Of a stretch of DNA of 64,000 nucleotides, positions 40,512 to 49,830 are shown piece after piece. The first letter of the stretch is position 1. Each line of letters opens with the position of its first letter. Origin of the DNA: Euryarchaeota archaeon UBA86 (GTDB lineage Archaea > Thermoplasmatota > Poseidoniia > Poseidoniales > Thalassarchaeaceae); the NCBI GenBank assembly GCA_002503055.1, contig DAQX01000008.1, positions 81,439 to 145,438 of the forward strand. Reading direction: 5' to 3'. The translations under genes and the position numbers were made by a program. The notes beneath the pieces were generated by a model. The model saw only the letters and a list, made by a program, of their open reading frames with translations. It ran no database searches and was not told where the DNA came from.

Positions 40512-43457
40512 CTATTCGAAGAATGATTCGTCAACAATTGTGGCTCCATCATCGAGTTTACCGAACTCCGACTCCATGGCTCGTTCGGTGATTTCCTGTT
40601 CCTCGACGCTGGCCTCCTCTGCTTTCTTCTGTTTATGTTCTATCTTCCGCCTCCTACGTCTACTTATTAGCATCCCAATTGCGAAAATCAACATGAAAAT
40701 GTAAGGTGCTAATTCGCCAATAACAAACATCCAACTCACTTCAACTGAATATGATACAATGTCATTGTTTTTGCTGCACTCGGACCAACTAGTAGCTTCA
40801 GGACAGATGGGGGTTCTGTACACCACTACCTGTCTGCCATCTTGCTCAATTAATTCGCCCAAACCTTCTCTACTTTCGAAACTGAGTACTCTAACCGAAG
40901 AAGGAAGATGGATCTCCATTCGAGCCGAAGAACGAATGGTCCCGAACATGGTGTGCTCCATCAGAGGAGTTACCTCAAGGAAGAATTCAACTCCGTCCAA
41001 GTGCACTCCTGATGAGTTAGCCACAGGGTATCCAAATGCAGAAAGAATCTGTCTTGAAATACTGAATCCAATAGATGCAGGCTGCGCGGCGATAGAAATT
41101 TCTTCTCCACGCAACTTGGCACTAACTACTGTAGTCTCGACCTCAAATCCTAGACGCATTGGGACACTGTCTCCTGTCTCGGAGTCAGTGGGCATGGTCA
41201 CCGTATCGAAAACGGCCACCAAAGGAGTGTCTTCGAATGCTCCTGTGATAACATAGGGGCCCATACCGAAGTCCTGAACCGTCTCTATGCTACCAAATGA
41301 CTCGATTATTTCACCAGATTTCATTGTCAACTCATATCCCAGTGACTGCAATCCCTGATTAGATATCTCGAGCATTATAGGATTGTCAACGCCAAGGTCG
41401 AGGGGGGCTTCGAGATCTGAACCAGCAAGTAAGCCGCCGTCTATCCTGTCTCCAATCACAATCCCTCTCCTTAGCAGGTCTGACGGAACGGGACTGAGTT
41501 CGACACCTTTCTCGTCCAATTCTATGCCTAGACGGTATATTTCCAAAACGACCTCGGCTGAGAACTCAACCTCTGCCGCGAATGAGGTCTCTCTGATGGA
41601 GAACTTCTCTATGTCCACCGTGATGTCGAATGAAACACAGGTCATCTGATTGGGGCCGCAGATAAGGTCTGGACTATTCTCCTCGCATGGGTCGGAATCG
41701 ATGCAGATCGGGTTTCTCCAGTCAAAAATTCGAGTACCCTTGAACGCGAAATCCTGCTCCTCTTCTCCCAATGAAGATGCAGTGATTACTACTTTGGATG
41801 GGTCGTCGATAGTGGACTCTATCCACTCAGGAAGATGCAATGTGAGTGTCAACTCTGTATTCGGCATGTTTTCGGGCAGTAGATCGTACAGCCAAGAGGT
41901 GTCGGCCTCCATCTCCACCTCTAGAACATTCATCAGCGAGGCTAAGTCCTCATCAGTGACCTTTGACAGGTCAATAGTTGCGATGTCGCCACCGGTGTTC
42001 TCTAGGATACGTTCCACGACAGAAGCGACTCTCATCGGGGTCGATTGGGAACTGGTCTCAAGCATGATTGGCCAATCTCCACTCATGGCACTCTCGCCCT
42101 CTGTGCAGTAGCGCACCTGCAGAGGTTCCTCGCAGGTCACACCAGGAGTGTGCTGAAATCCTAGGCCCCCGTTCTCATCTGAATCTGAGAACTGTGGTGA
42201 GTCAAACCAAATCTCGGCCCCGAAGGCCTCAGAGAAAGCAGATGACATCTCTGCAATTGGTATTCCCTGAAGTAATGCTGACAGGTCCTCATTTACTTCC
42301 TGATCTAGTAATCTAATTCCATCGGATGAAATCCAAGGAATCTCGATTGTACCATCATGTAGGTCAGCATTCCAATCACTCAATGTCTCAGAGTTGAGAT
42401 GATGGATTGCAATCTGTAGATCAAACATGGAATTCTGAGGATCAGAGGCATCGATTTCGAGATTTATCTTGAGTGAAGGGTCTTGTTCTCCGAATGTGTA
42501 AGTTGGAGTTGTAGTTGGTCTGTGAATGAGCTTGGATTGCAAGACAATCGAAGTAATTGCTGCCTCGGTTACTGCCTGAGTGTTGTCTACTGTCACAATC
42601 GAATAGTACTGAGGGTGCCCGTCGAGGGTTCTACTGAGAATCGTCCCCGGTTCCTCAACACTCTCAGCATTAGCATAGTCTGGTGGCATCACCGAGAGTT
42701 CCAACCAATGTCCCATGGGTGATGTAGCATTGAATTGTGAATTCAGTGAGGCCCCCATTGTTAGCATGCCCTGCATCATTCGATTGATGTCTGAGGTCTC
42801 GGGCTTCAAACCGAAGGCTGCAGTATCGACCTGCATCTGTAGTATTGCTTGGAAGCAGATAGGAGGATGAAACGGATTGTTCTCATATCCGTTGACCTCG
42901 TCAATCGAGTCATAATCGGAGTCATAGATGCATTGAGTGTCGGGCTGCGACTTGTACTCCACCTCAGAGACCGTGGTAATAGTCGTGGTATTGACATTAG
43001 GGAAGTTAATGTCGATGAACTCCTCCATAATCTGTTCCACGCGCTCTAGCATAAGATCGGAAACAGAGTCTCCACTTCCTCTATCAAGGCCCTCATAATT
43101 TCTGATATAATCTGCAGGGATTCCATCCCAAGGAGCGCTGTCTCCCTCAAGATCAAGATCATTTAGATTCAAGTCGTCTCTGGACATCTCGTATACTGCC
43201 ATATCAACCCTCATCTCGACCATTTCGGCATCGGCTACATCTATCTCCACAGAGCTTGCAATCCACTCTGGGCCCGGTGTCAAATCGAGTGAAGAATCGT
43301 AATCGTCACAGACGCCATCGGAACTGTTCCAAGTCGAGCAGATATCATTCGTCACTTCGGGCTGACCAGGGGGTGGTGCGGCTACGACGGTTTGCATCAA
43401 CAAGAGTAGGGTCAATGCAACTGCCGCGCGGCGCATGCCGCGCGGATGGTCAGTCAT
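40512..43457 (-). CDS. large acidic membrane-anchored hypothetical protein
   Basis: Signal peptide, several Cys pairs, C-terminal TM followed by RRRRR; start may be 43436. Confidence 0.75.
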   Translation of the reverse strand: MTDHPRGMRRAAVALTLLLLMQTVVAAPPPGQPEVTNDICSTWNSSDGVCDDYDSSLDLTPGPEWIASSVEIDVADAEMVEMRVDMAVYEMSRDDLNLNDLDLEGDSAPWDGIPADYIRNYEGLDRGSGDSVSDLMLERVEQIMEEFIDINFPNVNTTTITTVSEVEYKSQPDTQCIYDSDYDSIDEVNGYENNPFHPPICFQAILQMQVDTAAFGLKPETSDINRMMQGMLTMGASLNSQFNATSPMGHWLELSVMPPDYANAESVEEPGTILSRTLDGHPQYYSIVTVDNTQAVTEAAITSIVLQSKLIHRPTTTPTYTFGEQDPSLKINLEIDASDPQNSMFDLQIAIHHLNSETLSDWNADLHDGTIEIPWISSDGIRLLDQEVNEDLSALLQGIPIAEMSSAFSEAFGAEIWFDSPQFSDSDENGGLGFQHTPGVTCEEPLQVRYCTEGESAMSGDWPIMLETSSQSTPMRVASVVERILENTGGDIATIDLSKVTDEDLASLMNVLEVEMEADTSWLYDLLPENMPNTELTLTLHLPEWIESTIDDPSKVVITASSLGEEEQDFAFKGTRIFDWRNPICIDSDPCEENSPDLICGPNQMTCVSFDITVDIEKFSIRETSFAAEVEFSAEVVLEIYRLGIELDEKGVELSPVPSDLLRRGIVIGDRIDGGLLAGSDLEAPLDLGVDNPIMLEISNQGLQSLGYELTMKSGEIIESFGSIETVQDFGMGPYVITGAFEDTPLVAVFDTVTMPTDSETGDSVPMRLGFEVETTVVSAKLRGEEISIAAQPASIGFSISRQILSAFGYPVANSSGVHLDGVEFFLEVTPLMEHTMFGTIRSSARMEIHLPSSVRVLSFESREGLGELIEQDGRQVVVYRTPICPEATSWSECSKNNDIVSYSVEVSWMFVIGELAPYIFMLIFAIGMLISRRRRRKIEHKQKKAEEASVEEQEITERAMESEFGKLDDGATIVDESFFE

Positions 43458-43498
43458 CCACCATAAGTCTGAATCCGGAATGCGTCGTCAGAGAGGCG

Positions 43499-44374
43499 AT
43501 GCACCGGCAGGACCCTCACGGCCGACTACGTGAAAGCATCGCCCAATTGATTCAACAAGAGAGTGCTGATACATCTCTCTTAGAGGTGATTCCAAAGCGT
43601 TGGGAGAAGTTTGCTGATGTCGCACTTTTTCAGCATGATTCGTTCTCAGAGAAAGGTTGGTCTTCCATCAATCAGGCTGATCTTTGGGCTGCGGTGGCAA
43701 ACGCACTGAAAGTTGAGAGGATTGGGCGAGTTAGCGAGATTGTGGGTGAGAAGAGAGAGCCTACCGTAGAGCTGGTGCTCGGTGAGGATGATTGGGTCAT
43801 CAGAAGAGAGAATGGAATAGACTACGGGTACAATCTCACCAAGTGTATGTTCTCAGCCGGGAATGTAAACGAGCGTCGTAGGATGGGAGAGGTTGCAAAA
43901 CAAGACGAAGTTGTTCTCGATCTATATGCAGGAATAGGTTACTACACTCTCCCCATACTAGTGCAATCACAGGTAAATCATGTCCACTGCTGCGAGTGGA
44001 ATACCAATTCAGTCAAGGCTCTGGAGTCAAATCTGAAGATAAATGATGTTTCAGATAGATGTTCAGTTTATGTCGGCGATAATCGAATTACTGGGGATGG
44101 TTTGAAAGGTATTGCAGACAGAGTTATTCTAGGCCTTCTACCATCTTCACAGGGAGGTTATTCTGTGGCTATGCAATCACTAAGTGAGTCAGGAGGTATG
44201 TTGCATATTCATGGAGTTGCTCCTGCAAAGGACTACTCTGCTTGGGTTGGCGGAATATTGGATGAGTTGAGGTCAATCGATATGCATAGAATCGTCAATG
44301 AGACTGCACTGATTCGTGTCAAGAGTTACGCCCCTCACTGGGATCATGTAGTTCTAGATGTGTCAGTCGAGTGA
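43499..44374 (+). CDS. taw2: Taw2/TYW2 (Trm5/Met10 family) SAM-dependent tRNA-modifying transferase
   Basis: ENGI.Y, KCMFSAGN..ERRRM, DLYAGIGYY, ADRVILGLLPSS and VKSYAP...H.V.D motifs. Confidence 0.8.
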   Translation: MHRQDPHGRLRESIAQLIQQESADTSLLEVIPKRWEKFADVALFQHDSFSEKGWSSINQADLWAAVANALKVERIGRVSEIVGEKREPTVELVLGEDDWVIRRENGIDYGYNLTKCMFSAGNVNERRRMGEVAKQDEVVLDLYAGIGYYTLPILVQSQVNHVHCCEWNTNSVKALESNLKINDVSDRCSVYVGDNRITGDGLKGIADRVILGLLPSSQGGYSVAMQSLSESGGMLHIHGVAPAKDYSAWVGGILDELRSIDMHRIVNETALIRVKSYAPHWDHVVLDVSVE

Positions 44375-44413
44375 TTCCGTCGAACTCAAGTCAAACGGCC
44401 TCGACCCGCGTAC

Positions 44414-45103
44414 ATGGCAGGCGACTGGTTGGCTGAAGCCGCAGCCGCCTACAATGCCGATTCTATCCAATCGAAGGATGCTTATCCGGCTCATGTCCTA
44501 GTGCCAATAGATGCTCTCTCGACAATTCTAGAGTGGACATTTCAATCGCTTCCTGATGAGATACTTGTAGGGATGGATACAGATACATCTCTGCCACATC
44601 GTGCCGATGTCGAGGACGCCTTGCGAGGTTCTGACTTCGAGGATGGGCTGTTCTCTGGGCAGGGATTTGTACTCGGAGATCCTCACTTGGTGAATCGAGG
44701 AGATTCATTCTCAGTACATCATGTCCCCGAGGAGTGGATGGATGGGCTCTTCGACACCTCTCGTGGGGTCCGAGGTGGTCGCTTCTCATTCTGGCTTCAT
44801 ACTCACCCCAATGCACCAGCAATTCCGAGCGGTGCTGATGCAGAGTCTGCTCAGTGGACCGAGGGTTGCGACATGATTCTGGGTGTGCGATACTCTCCTG
44901 AGGGGATGCTGCCTTGGCTTGAGGGAGTAGAAGGAGAGCGTAGAGAACTGGTACCTACTGAGGATAATCGTCCAGTACTAGGGCGTGCTGTTACAGGGCA
45001 TCTGATTCACGGCCTAGAGTTGATTGCGTTTCACCGTAGAGGTTTCGGAATCAATGTACTGCTAACCGATTCTACTGGAGTACCGATAGGTTGGGATGAA
45101 TAG
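44414..45103 (+). CDS. JAB/MPN+ (JAMM) metalloprotease-like protein
   Basis: PDE...HTHPNAPAIPSGAD matches E-xn-HxH-x7-S-x2-D. Confidence 0.7.
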   Translation: MAGDWLAEAAAAYNADSIQSKDAYPAHVLVPIDALSTILEWTFQSLPDEILVGMDTDTSLPHRADVEDALRGSDFEDGLFSGQGFVLGDPHLVNRGDSFSVHHVPEEWMDGLFDTSRGVRGGRFSFWLHTHPNAPAIPSGADAESAQWTEGCDMILGVRYSPEGMLPWLEGVEGERRELVPTEDNRPVLGRAVTGHLIHGLELIAFHRRGFGINVLLTDSTGVPIGWDE

Positions 45104-45646
45104 TCACTCTTCTGGAACAAAGATGTGTTGACGATAGTATTCCAGTTCGGCGATGCTTCCTTTGATGTCGTCGAGAGCCCTGTGTCCTGCTGGCTTTGTG
45201 GCTCTTGGCAGATTGGGATACCACCTATCTGCAAGCTGCTTGATGGATGTCACATCGACGCTGCGATAGTGGAAGAAGTCGTGTAGATTTGGCATGTAGC
45301 GCCTGAGGAATCGCCTATCTTGCCCTATGGTATTTCCACATAGTGGAGGCTGCCCCTGCCTACAGTGCTGGCTTACGAAATCTAATGTCAACTGCTCAGC
45401 CTCAGCCATCGAAATGCCCTCGTTTCGGACTCTATCCAAAAGACCATTCTGCGTATGGTGAGTGATGTTCCAGTCATCCATCTTTGCTAACTCTGACTCG
45501 GGCTGCAAGATAGCGATGGCTGGTCCAATTGCGACGATATCTAGGTCTCCTTCAGTCACTATTGTTGCAATCTCGATAATCGTGTTCTCGTCGGGGTCTA
45601 GACCTGTCATCTCAAGATCAATCCAGACTAAGCGCTCATCGACCAT
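45104..45646 (-). CDS. orn: oligoribonuclease (DEDDh)
   Basis: LVWIDLEMTGLDP, IIEIATIVT, LCGN.I.QDRRFL, HYR.VDV.SIK.L and HRALDDI..SI.EL.YYR motifs. Confidence 0.93.
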   Translation of the reverse strand: MVDERLVWIDLEMTGLDPDENTIIEIATIVTEGDLDIVAIGPAIAILQPESELAKMDDWNITHHTQNGLLDRVRNEGISMAEAEQLTLDFVSQHCRQGQPPLCGNTIGQDRRFLRRYMPNLHDFFHYRSVDVTSIKQLADRWYPNLPRATKPAGHRALDDIKGSIAELEYYRQHIFVPEE

Positions 45647-45726
45647 GTAATCGCCTCCGGCCGTTCGGTCTTATTGCTTCCCTTCCGTGGGCCACAATGA
45701 TAGCATACAAGCGTCGGCCTTGACCT

Positions 45727-46989
45727 ATGGTGAAGATTGGATATCTCAAATTGCTTAGGGAAAACCGTCCCTTCAGACGGTTATTCTTCGCCAATGAGAT
45801 CTCATACATCGGTGATTGGTTTACGGTCATCGCTCTGTTCATCCTCGCAGGTGAGGCTACAGACAACTCTCCCTTGGCCATAGCAGGAGTTCTGGCCTCA
45901 CGAAGTTTCTCCCTAGCAGCATTCACACCATTCTCTGGAATGCTGGCTGATAGATACTCTCGTCGAGGATTGATGATTCTGGCTAACCTGTCTTCGCTAT
46001 TCATACTCGTAGCTGTGCTATTGTTCGAACTTCTGAATAATCTGACCTCTGTGTATGTTCTCGCTGTAGTGATGGTGGCTGCAAGAGCCGTATTCGATCC
46101 TGCAGAGTATGCATACCTGCCCAACATTTGCAATGAAGAAGAGTTGCTAACTGCCAATGCATTGGCTTCGGGTGGATGGTCAGTAGCTCTAGGCCTTGGT
46201 TCCGCCATAGGCGGGTTGACAATCTCGGCCTATGGAATTGAGACGGCCCTCTGGATCGACTGTGCGACCTTCGCTCTGGCGGCCATTGGAGTAATGACAT
46301 TGCCCCCAGGTGGACCCGATAGTTCAGAGAAGCGTAGTGTAGCTCCTTCAGTGGTACTTGGCGAGATTATAGACGGTTGGAAGTACATCTACTCCAATCC
46401 TCCTGTCCGTAGGATTGTGCTAGCAAAGGGACTCTGGGCCTCTGGAGGAGGCGCTCAAGTTTTCCTTCTGATACTAATCGGAATGGAGGCTGGTTTCGGT
46501 GAAGTGGCTGCTGGTGTAGGCATTCTTTTCATGGCTCGTGGCTTTGGTAGCGGGTTTGGTCCGTTGGCTGGAAGGCCACTGATGGAGAATAATTCATTGA
46601 AACCCTATCTGATTGGCCTATCAGTTGGAGTATGTGGTGCGTTCTACATCGCTGTATCTGCGGTGGAATGGTCCGAGATTGTTCTATTGTTGGTATTCCT
46701 ATCTCATGCAGCAAGTGGACTGAATTGGGTACTATCCACTACTTTCCTACAAGAGAGATCTGATGATGAATGGCGAGGCAGAGTTGCTGGAACTGATCAT
46801 TTTGTCATCACTCTGATGATGGGTATATCAGCCATAAGTGCTGGATATATCATGGATAATGGAATACTTTCTCTCAGAGAAGTAATCGCACTTACTGGTA
46901 TTGTACAGATAGTACTCGGATTAATCTGGGTATTCGCGATTTCTCCGAGGGAGAAAGAGGCCCTAAACCAGTCTTTGCAGACCAGCTAG
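45727..46989 (+). CDS. MFS transporter
   Basis: About 12 TM helices; motif A G.LADRYSRR; RGRV. Confidence 0.88.
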   Translation: MVKIGYLKLLRENRPFRRLFFANEISYIGDWFTVIALFILAGEATDNSPLAIAGVLASRSFSLAAFTPFSGMLADRYSRRGLMILANLSSLFILVAVLLFELLNNLTSVYVLAVVMVAARAVFDPAEYAYLPNICNEEELLTANALASGGWSVALGLGSAIGGLTISAYGIETALWIDCATFALAAIGVMTLPPGGPDSSEKRSVAPSVVLGEIIDGWKYIYSNPPVRRIVLAKGLWASGGGAQVFLLILIGMEAGFGEVAAGVGILFMARGFGSGFGPLAGRPLMENNSLKPYLIGLSVGVCGAFYIAVSAVEWSEIVLLLVFLSHAASGLNWVLSTTFLQERSDDEWRGRVAGTDHFVITLMMGISAISAGYIMDNGILSLREVIALTGIVQIVLGLIWVFAISPREKEALNQSLQTS

Positions 46990-47772
46990 GACAATTAGTG
47001 GTGCAATAGAGAAGACGGCGTTGTTTAGAAGTGAGCGGCTTGAAGCTTTGACTCGCTCAGTTATCCGCCTCTGAATGTCCTCATCGAACTTGTCAATCGC
47101 ATCGCCCGCAGGTCCTCGGACCTGTTCTATTGTGGTCTCGGCGAAGTCAGCAGCAAGATCGAGTAAGTTACGCTTCAAAGCCTGCAATGGTCCATCACGC
47201 GGTGCAGGGACATGTTCTCCATCTACTGTGTGCTCGACATCTATTACATCTCTCCATGGCCGTGGAACCTCAATATCTCCGACTCCCTTGAGTATGTCTC
47301 GTCCTACGACCGCGGCTTGGACTGCGACCTTTGCTGTGGTAAGATTGTACTTAGCGAGAAGTTGGATATCTCTACGAGACCGAGTGACCTTGGTGAAGTC
47401 GGTGATTACCCATGCAGCGCCGGCAATCATTAGCAGTGTGACACCAAGGTCTGGCGTCTCCTCCCAACTTGGCCAGCCTATTGGACCGAACCAGATTCTA
47501 GCCGTGATGGCTATCAGTGCTGGAAGTAGGAACGATAGTACCTCGTTAACTACAATTAGCCAAAATCCTTCGATGGGTAGTTTTCTCAATCTTTGAGAGA
47601 ACCACTTCAGATGTTTCGTTCTCTCGCCAGGAGGTGCATACGTGTTGACCAAATCGATTAGTGGAGGTACTACAAAAATCAGGCGTAGAATAAATGGGAT
47701 GATGAGAATAAGAAGATAAGCGTCCCAAGGTGAAGCCGGAGGTAGACTTGGGAAGGCAATCGCCTCTGCCAT
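46963..47772 (-). CDS. hypothetical membrane protein
   Basis: 269 aa ORF with 3-4 hydrophobic segments. Confidence 0.65.
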   Translation of the reverse strand: MAEAIAFPSLPPASPWDAYLLILIIPFILRLIFVVPPLIDLVNTYAPPGERTKHLKWFSQRLRKLPIEGFWLIVVNEVLSFLLPALIAITARIWFGPIGWPSWEETPDLGVTLLMIAGAAWVITDFTKVTRSRRDIQLLAKYNLTTAKVAVQAAVVGRDILKGVGDIEVPRPWRDVIDVEHTVDGEHVPAPRDGPLQALKRNLLDLAADFAETTIEQVRGPAGDAIDKFDEDIQRRITERVKASSRSLLNNAVFSIAPLIVLAGLQRLV

Positions 47773-47821
47773 TGCTACTCTCTAAACTCCGTGCCTCATC
47801 AACATCACTACGGCGCCGGCA

Positions 47822-48235
47822 TCATCTTGTGGCGACTGAAAGGGCCGAACGTGCCATGATAATGACCAGGATCGTAGAACCGATTAGTGTTCCAGCCAAT
47901 ACCGTAGAGGTCCTTACGAGCATAAGACAGAATCCGGTTATTCCGCAAGCATAACTGATAAACTCGCATCGAGATGCTAGGACTAGGACTGAAGATGGTA
48001 CCATCACGGAGCTTGAGTATTCTCGAATCATTCTGCTCAGTAGTATGTACAACCCTTGGAAAGGAATTGCAATACAGAATAGTGCCATTGCAATCAGCAG
48101 TAGAGTCTCCGGATTTTCTGTCTTCAACTCGCTACCCTTCCAGAATAAGTTGCTGAGGCCCACACTCAGAAGACCCGTGTGAATCAGAGCAGAGGTGGTT
48201 GAGACCGATGTTGCTTCCACCGAATCCGGAACCAT
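47822..48235 (-). CDS. hypothetical membrane protein
   Basis: 137 aa, about 4 TM helices; TTCAAC box 30 nt upstream. Confidence 0.55.
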   Translation of the reverse strand: MVPDSVEATSVSTTSALIHTGLLSVGLSNLFWKGSELKTENPETLLLIAMALFCIAIPFQGLYILLSRMIREYSSSVMVPSSVLVLASRCEFISYACGITGFCLMLVRTSTVLAGTLIGSTILVIIMARSALSVATR

Positions 48236-48286
48236 GCAAGCGCTCGGCTTCGTAGCACAGTTGAAGATTGCCCTGACTGAGTGGGC

Positions 48287-49312
48287 TCAGACGGCGTTCC
48301 TCGGAATGCGCTTACCGACCCAGCGCTTCCAGATTGGAGGTACTAGACAGGGCCACCAACAGGCGTAGTATCCTGCAGGCAGTTCAGGTGCATCGGGATA
48401 GGGGCGAAGTTTCCAGAATGGAACACTTGCTCTAAGGTGGTGATCAGAATGACGGGTCAGCTCCAACAGTGACCATCGAGACCACCTTGCCTCAGTGTTC
48501 CATGCATGCTCTGAATCGAATTTCCTATCTCCCTCGGTACGCCTTAGGCCCCAATGACGTATGTAGTTCACATACTCGAGAGTTAGAATCGAGATTGCAG
48601 ATAAGATAACCCAGCCAACTGCCATAGTCTGTCCATTAGGTAGGGCAATGATTACGGCCAATGCAACTATCTGAAGAAGTAGCCCTTGGTATGATGGATT
48701 TCTAATCCCAGTTCTTCCCTTCTTATTGTGGATTCTGACTGAAGAGGAGAATTGCCCGGGAATGGTTCTAATCCAAAACGCCCAGATTCCTTCATCCTCT
48801 GTTGCACTTGCTGGATCATTATCTGTTGCTACCCACTTGTGATGGTTGTGATTGTGCTCAGTTGTGAAGTGAGGATAGTGGATACTGAACAACAACATTC
48901 TGGCCAGTCTCCAGCCGGGGCTCTTCGGTTTCTTATGGCCTAATTCATGGGCTGTAACTATTGCAGATGCAGCCGCACAGAGGCCCGTTGAGAGAGATGC
49001 TAGAACCAGCCACAAAGAGACCGATGCCTCAAGATATGCAAACCGGAAGAAGGATGCTAGGACGATGAAATGGAAGATACCGTGGGCCCAAAGTAGGGCC
49101 TCAAAGGGAAGTCCTGACTCCCTAGGTGGACGAGGTTGATTCGATTTACCCATTACAATATCCAGTATAGGGCCAACGCCCCAGACAAAGATTACTCCCA
49201 TTGCAGTATAGGCACCGCCCATTAGGTTCCCTAAGATTACAATCATCGGATTTACGAGACCTAGTAGATGCACCGGCCACGGTTCGGGGCTGAGGTTCGC
49301 CGACTCAGTCAT
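48287..49312 (-). CDS. alkB: AlkB-like alkane 1-monooxygenase / membrane di-iron enzyme
   Basis: His boxes HELGHK, EHNHNHH, NYIRHWGL and LTRHSDHH; DPASA; P.LP.GY. Confidence 0.8.
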   Translation of the reverse strand: MTESANLSPEPWPVHLLGLVNPMIVILGNLMGGAYTAMGVIFVWGVGPILDIVMGKSNQPRPPRESGLPFEALLWAHGIFHFIVLASFFRFAYLEASVSLWLVLASLSTGLCAAASAIVTAHELGHKKPKSPGWRLARMLLFSIHYPHFTTEHNHNHHKWVATDNDPASATEDEGIWAFWIRTIPGQFSSSVRIHNKKGRTGIRNPSYQGLLLQIVALAVIIALPNGQTMAVGWVILSAISILTLEYVNYIRHWGLRRTEGDRKFDSEHAWNTEARWSRWSLLELTRHSDHHLRASVPFWKLRPYPDAPELPAGYYACWWPCLVPPIWKRWVGKRIPRNAV

Positions 49313-49826
49313 ACAGGGGTGCGTGCTTGGCTCTAGTCTTAGCGATTTTCGGAGCCACGACCATTCTGCAATACGGGTTACCCGGATTGTTTGTGAAGTA
49401 ATTGTGATGATAATTCTCGGCTACGAAGAAATTGATCAGAGGGCTGACCTCGGTTACAATGGGGGCATTGTATAGAGAGGATACTTTTGCTATAGCATCC
49501 TCGATTTGCGACTTCTGCTCATCATCAGAGTAGAATGTGACGCTTCGGTATTGAGGGCCAATATCGTTGCCCTGACGATTTAGTTGAGTCGGGTCATGGC
49601 AGGTGAAGAATACCTCTAGCAAGGTAGGTGTGTCAATGACCTGTGAATCGAAAGTAACTCTGACCACCTCTGCGTGTCCGGTACGCTTACCACAGACCTG
49701 TTCATAGGTTGGGTTTTCTACATCTCCACCGGAATATCCAGGAATTACTTCGCTAACTCCTCGCAGTCCCTTCAGAGCCCCCTCGACGCACCAGAAGCAC
49801 CCTCCACCGAGAACGATACTATGCAC
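49305..49826 (-). CDS. msrA: peptide-methionine (S)-S-oxide reductase
   Basis: GGGCFWC, GHAEVV, HDPT.LNRQGND.G.QYRS and AE.YH motifs; GTG start after AGGTGA. Confidence 0.95.
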   Translation of the reverse strand: MHSIVLGGGCFWCVEGALKGLRGVSEVIPGYSGGDVENPTYEQVCGKRTGHAEVVRVTFDSQVIDTPTLLEVFFTCHDPTQLNRQGNDIGPQYRSVTFYSDDEQKSQIEDAIAKVSSLYNAPIVTEVSPLINFFVAENYHHNYFTNNPGNPYCRMVVAPKIAKTRAKHAPLYD

Positions 49827-49830
49827 GGTT

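Noticed and set aside
40452-40514. Programmed stop-codon readthrough or recoding
   Set aside because: Would need both TAG and TAA readthrough, and both are normal stops elsewhere in the window
43256-43498. Long N-terminal extensions in the ORF track (taw2, also S8, M3, M28, taw1, guaB)
   Set aside because: They overlap neighbouring genes or promoter boxes; downstream starts fit RBS or TATA spacing better
45636-46208. 190-aa minus-strand ORF upstream of orn
   Set aside because: Antisense to the MFS gene; no protein-like features
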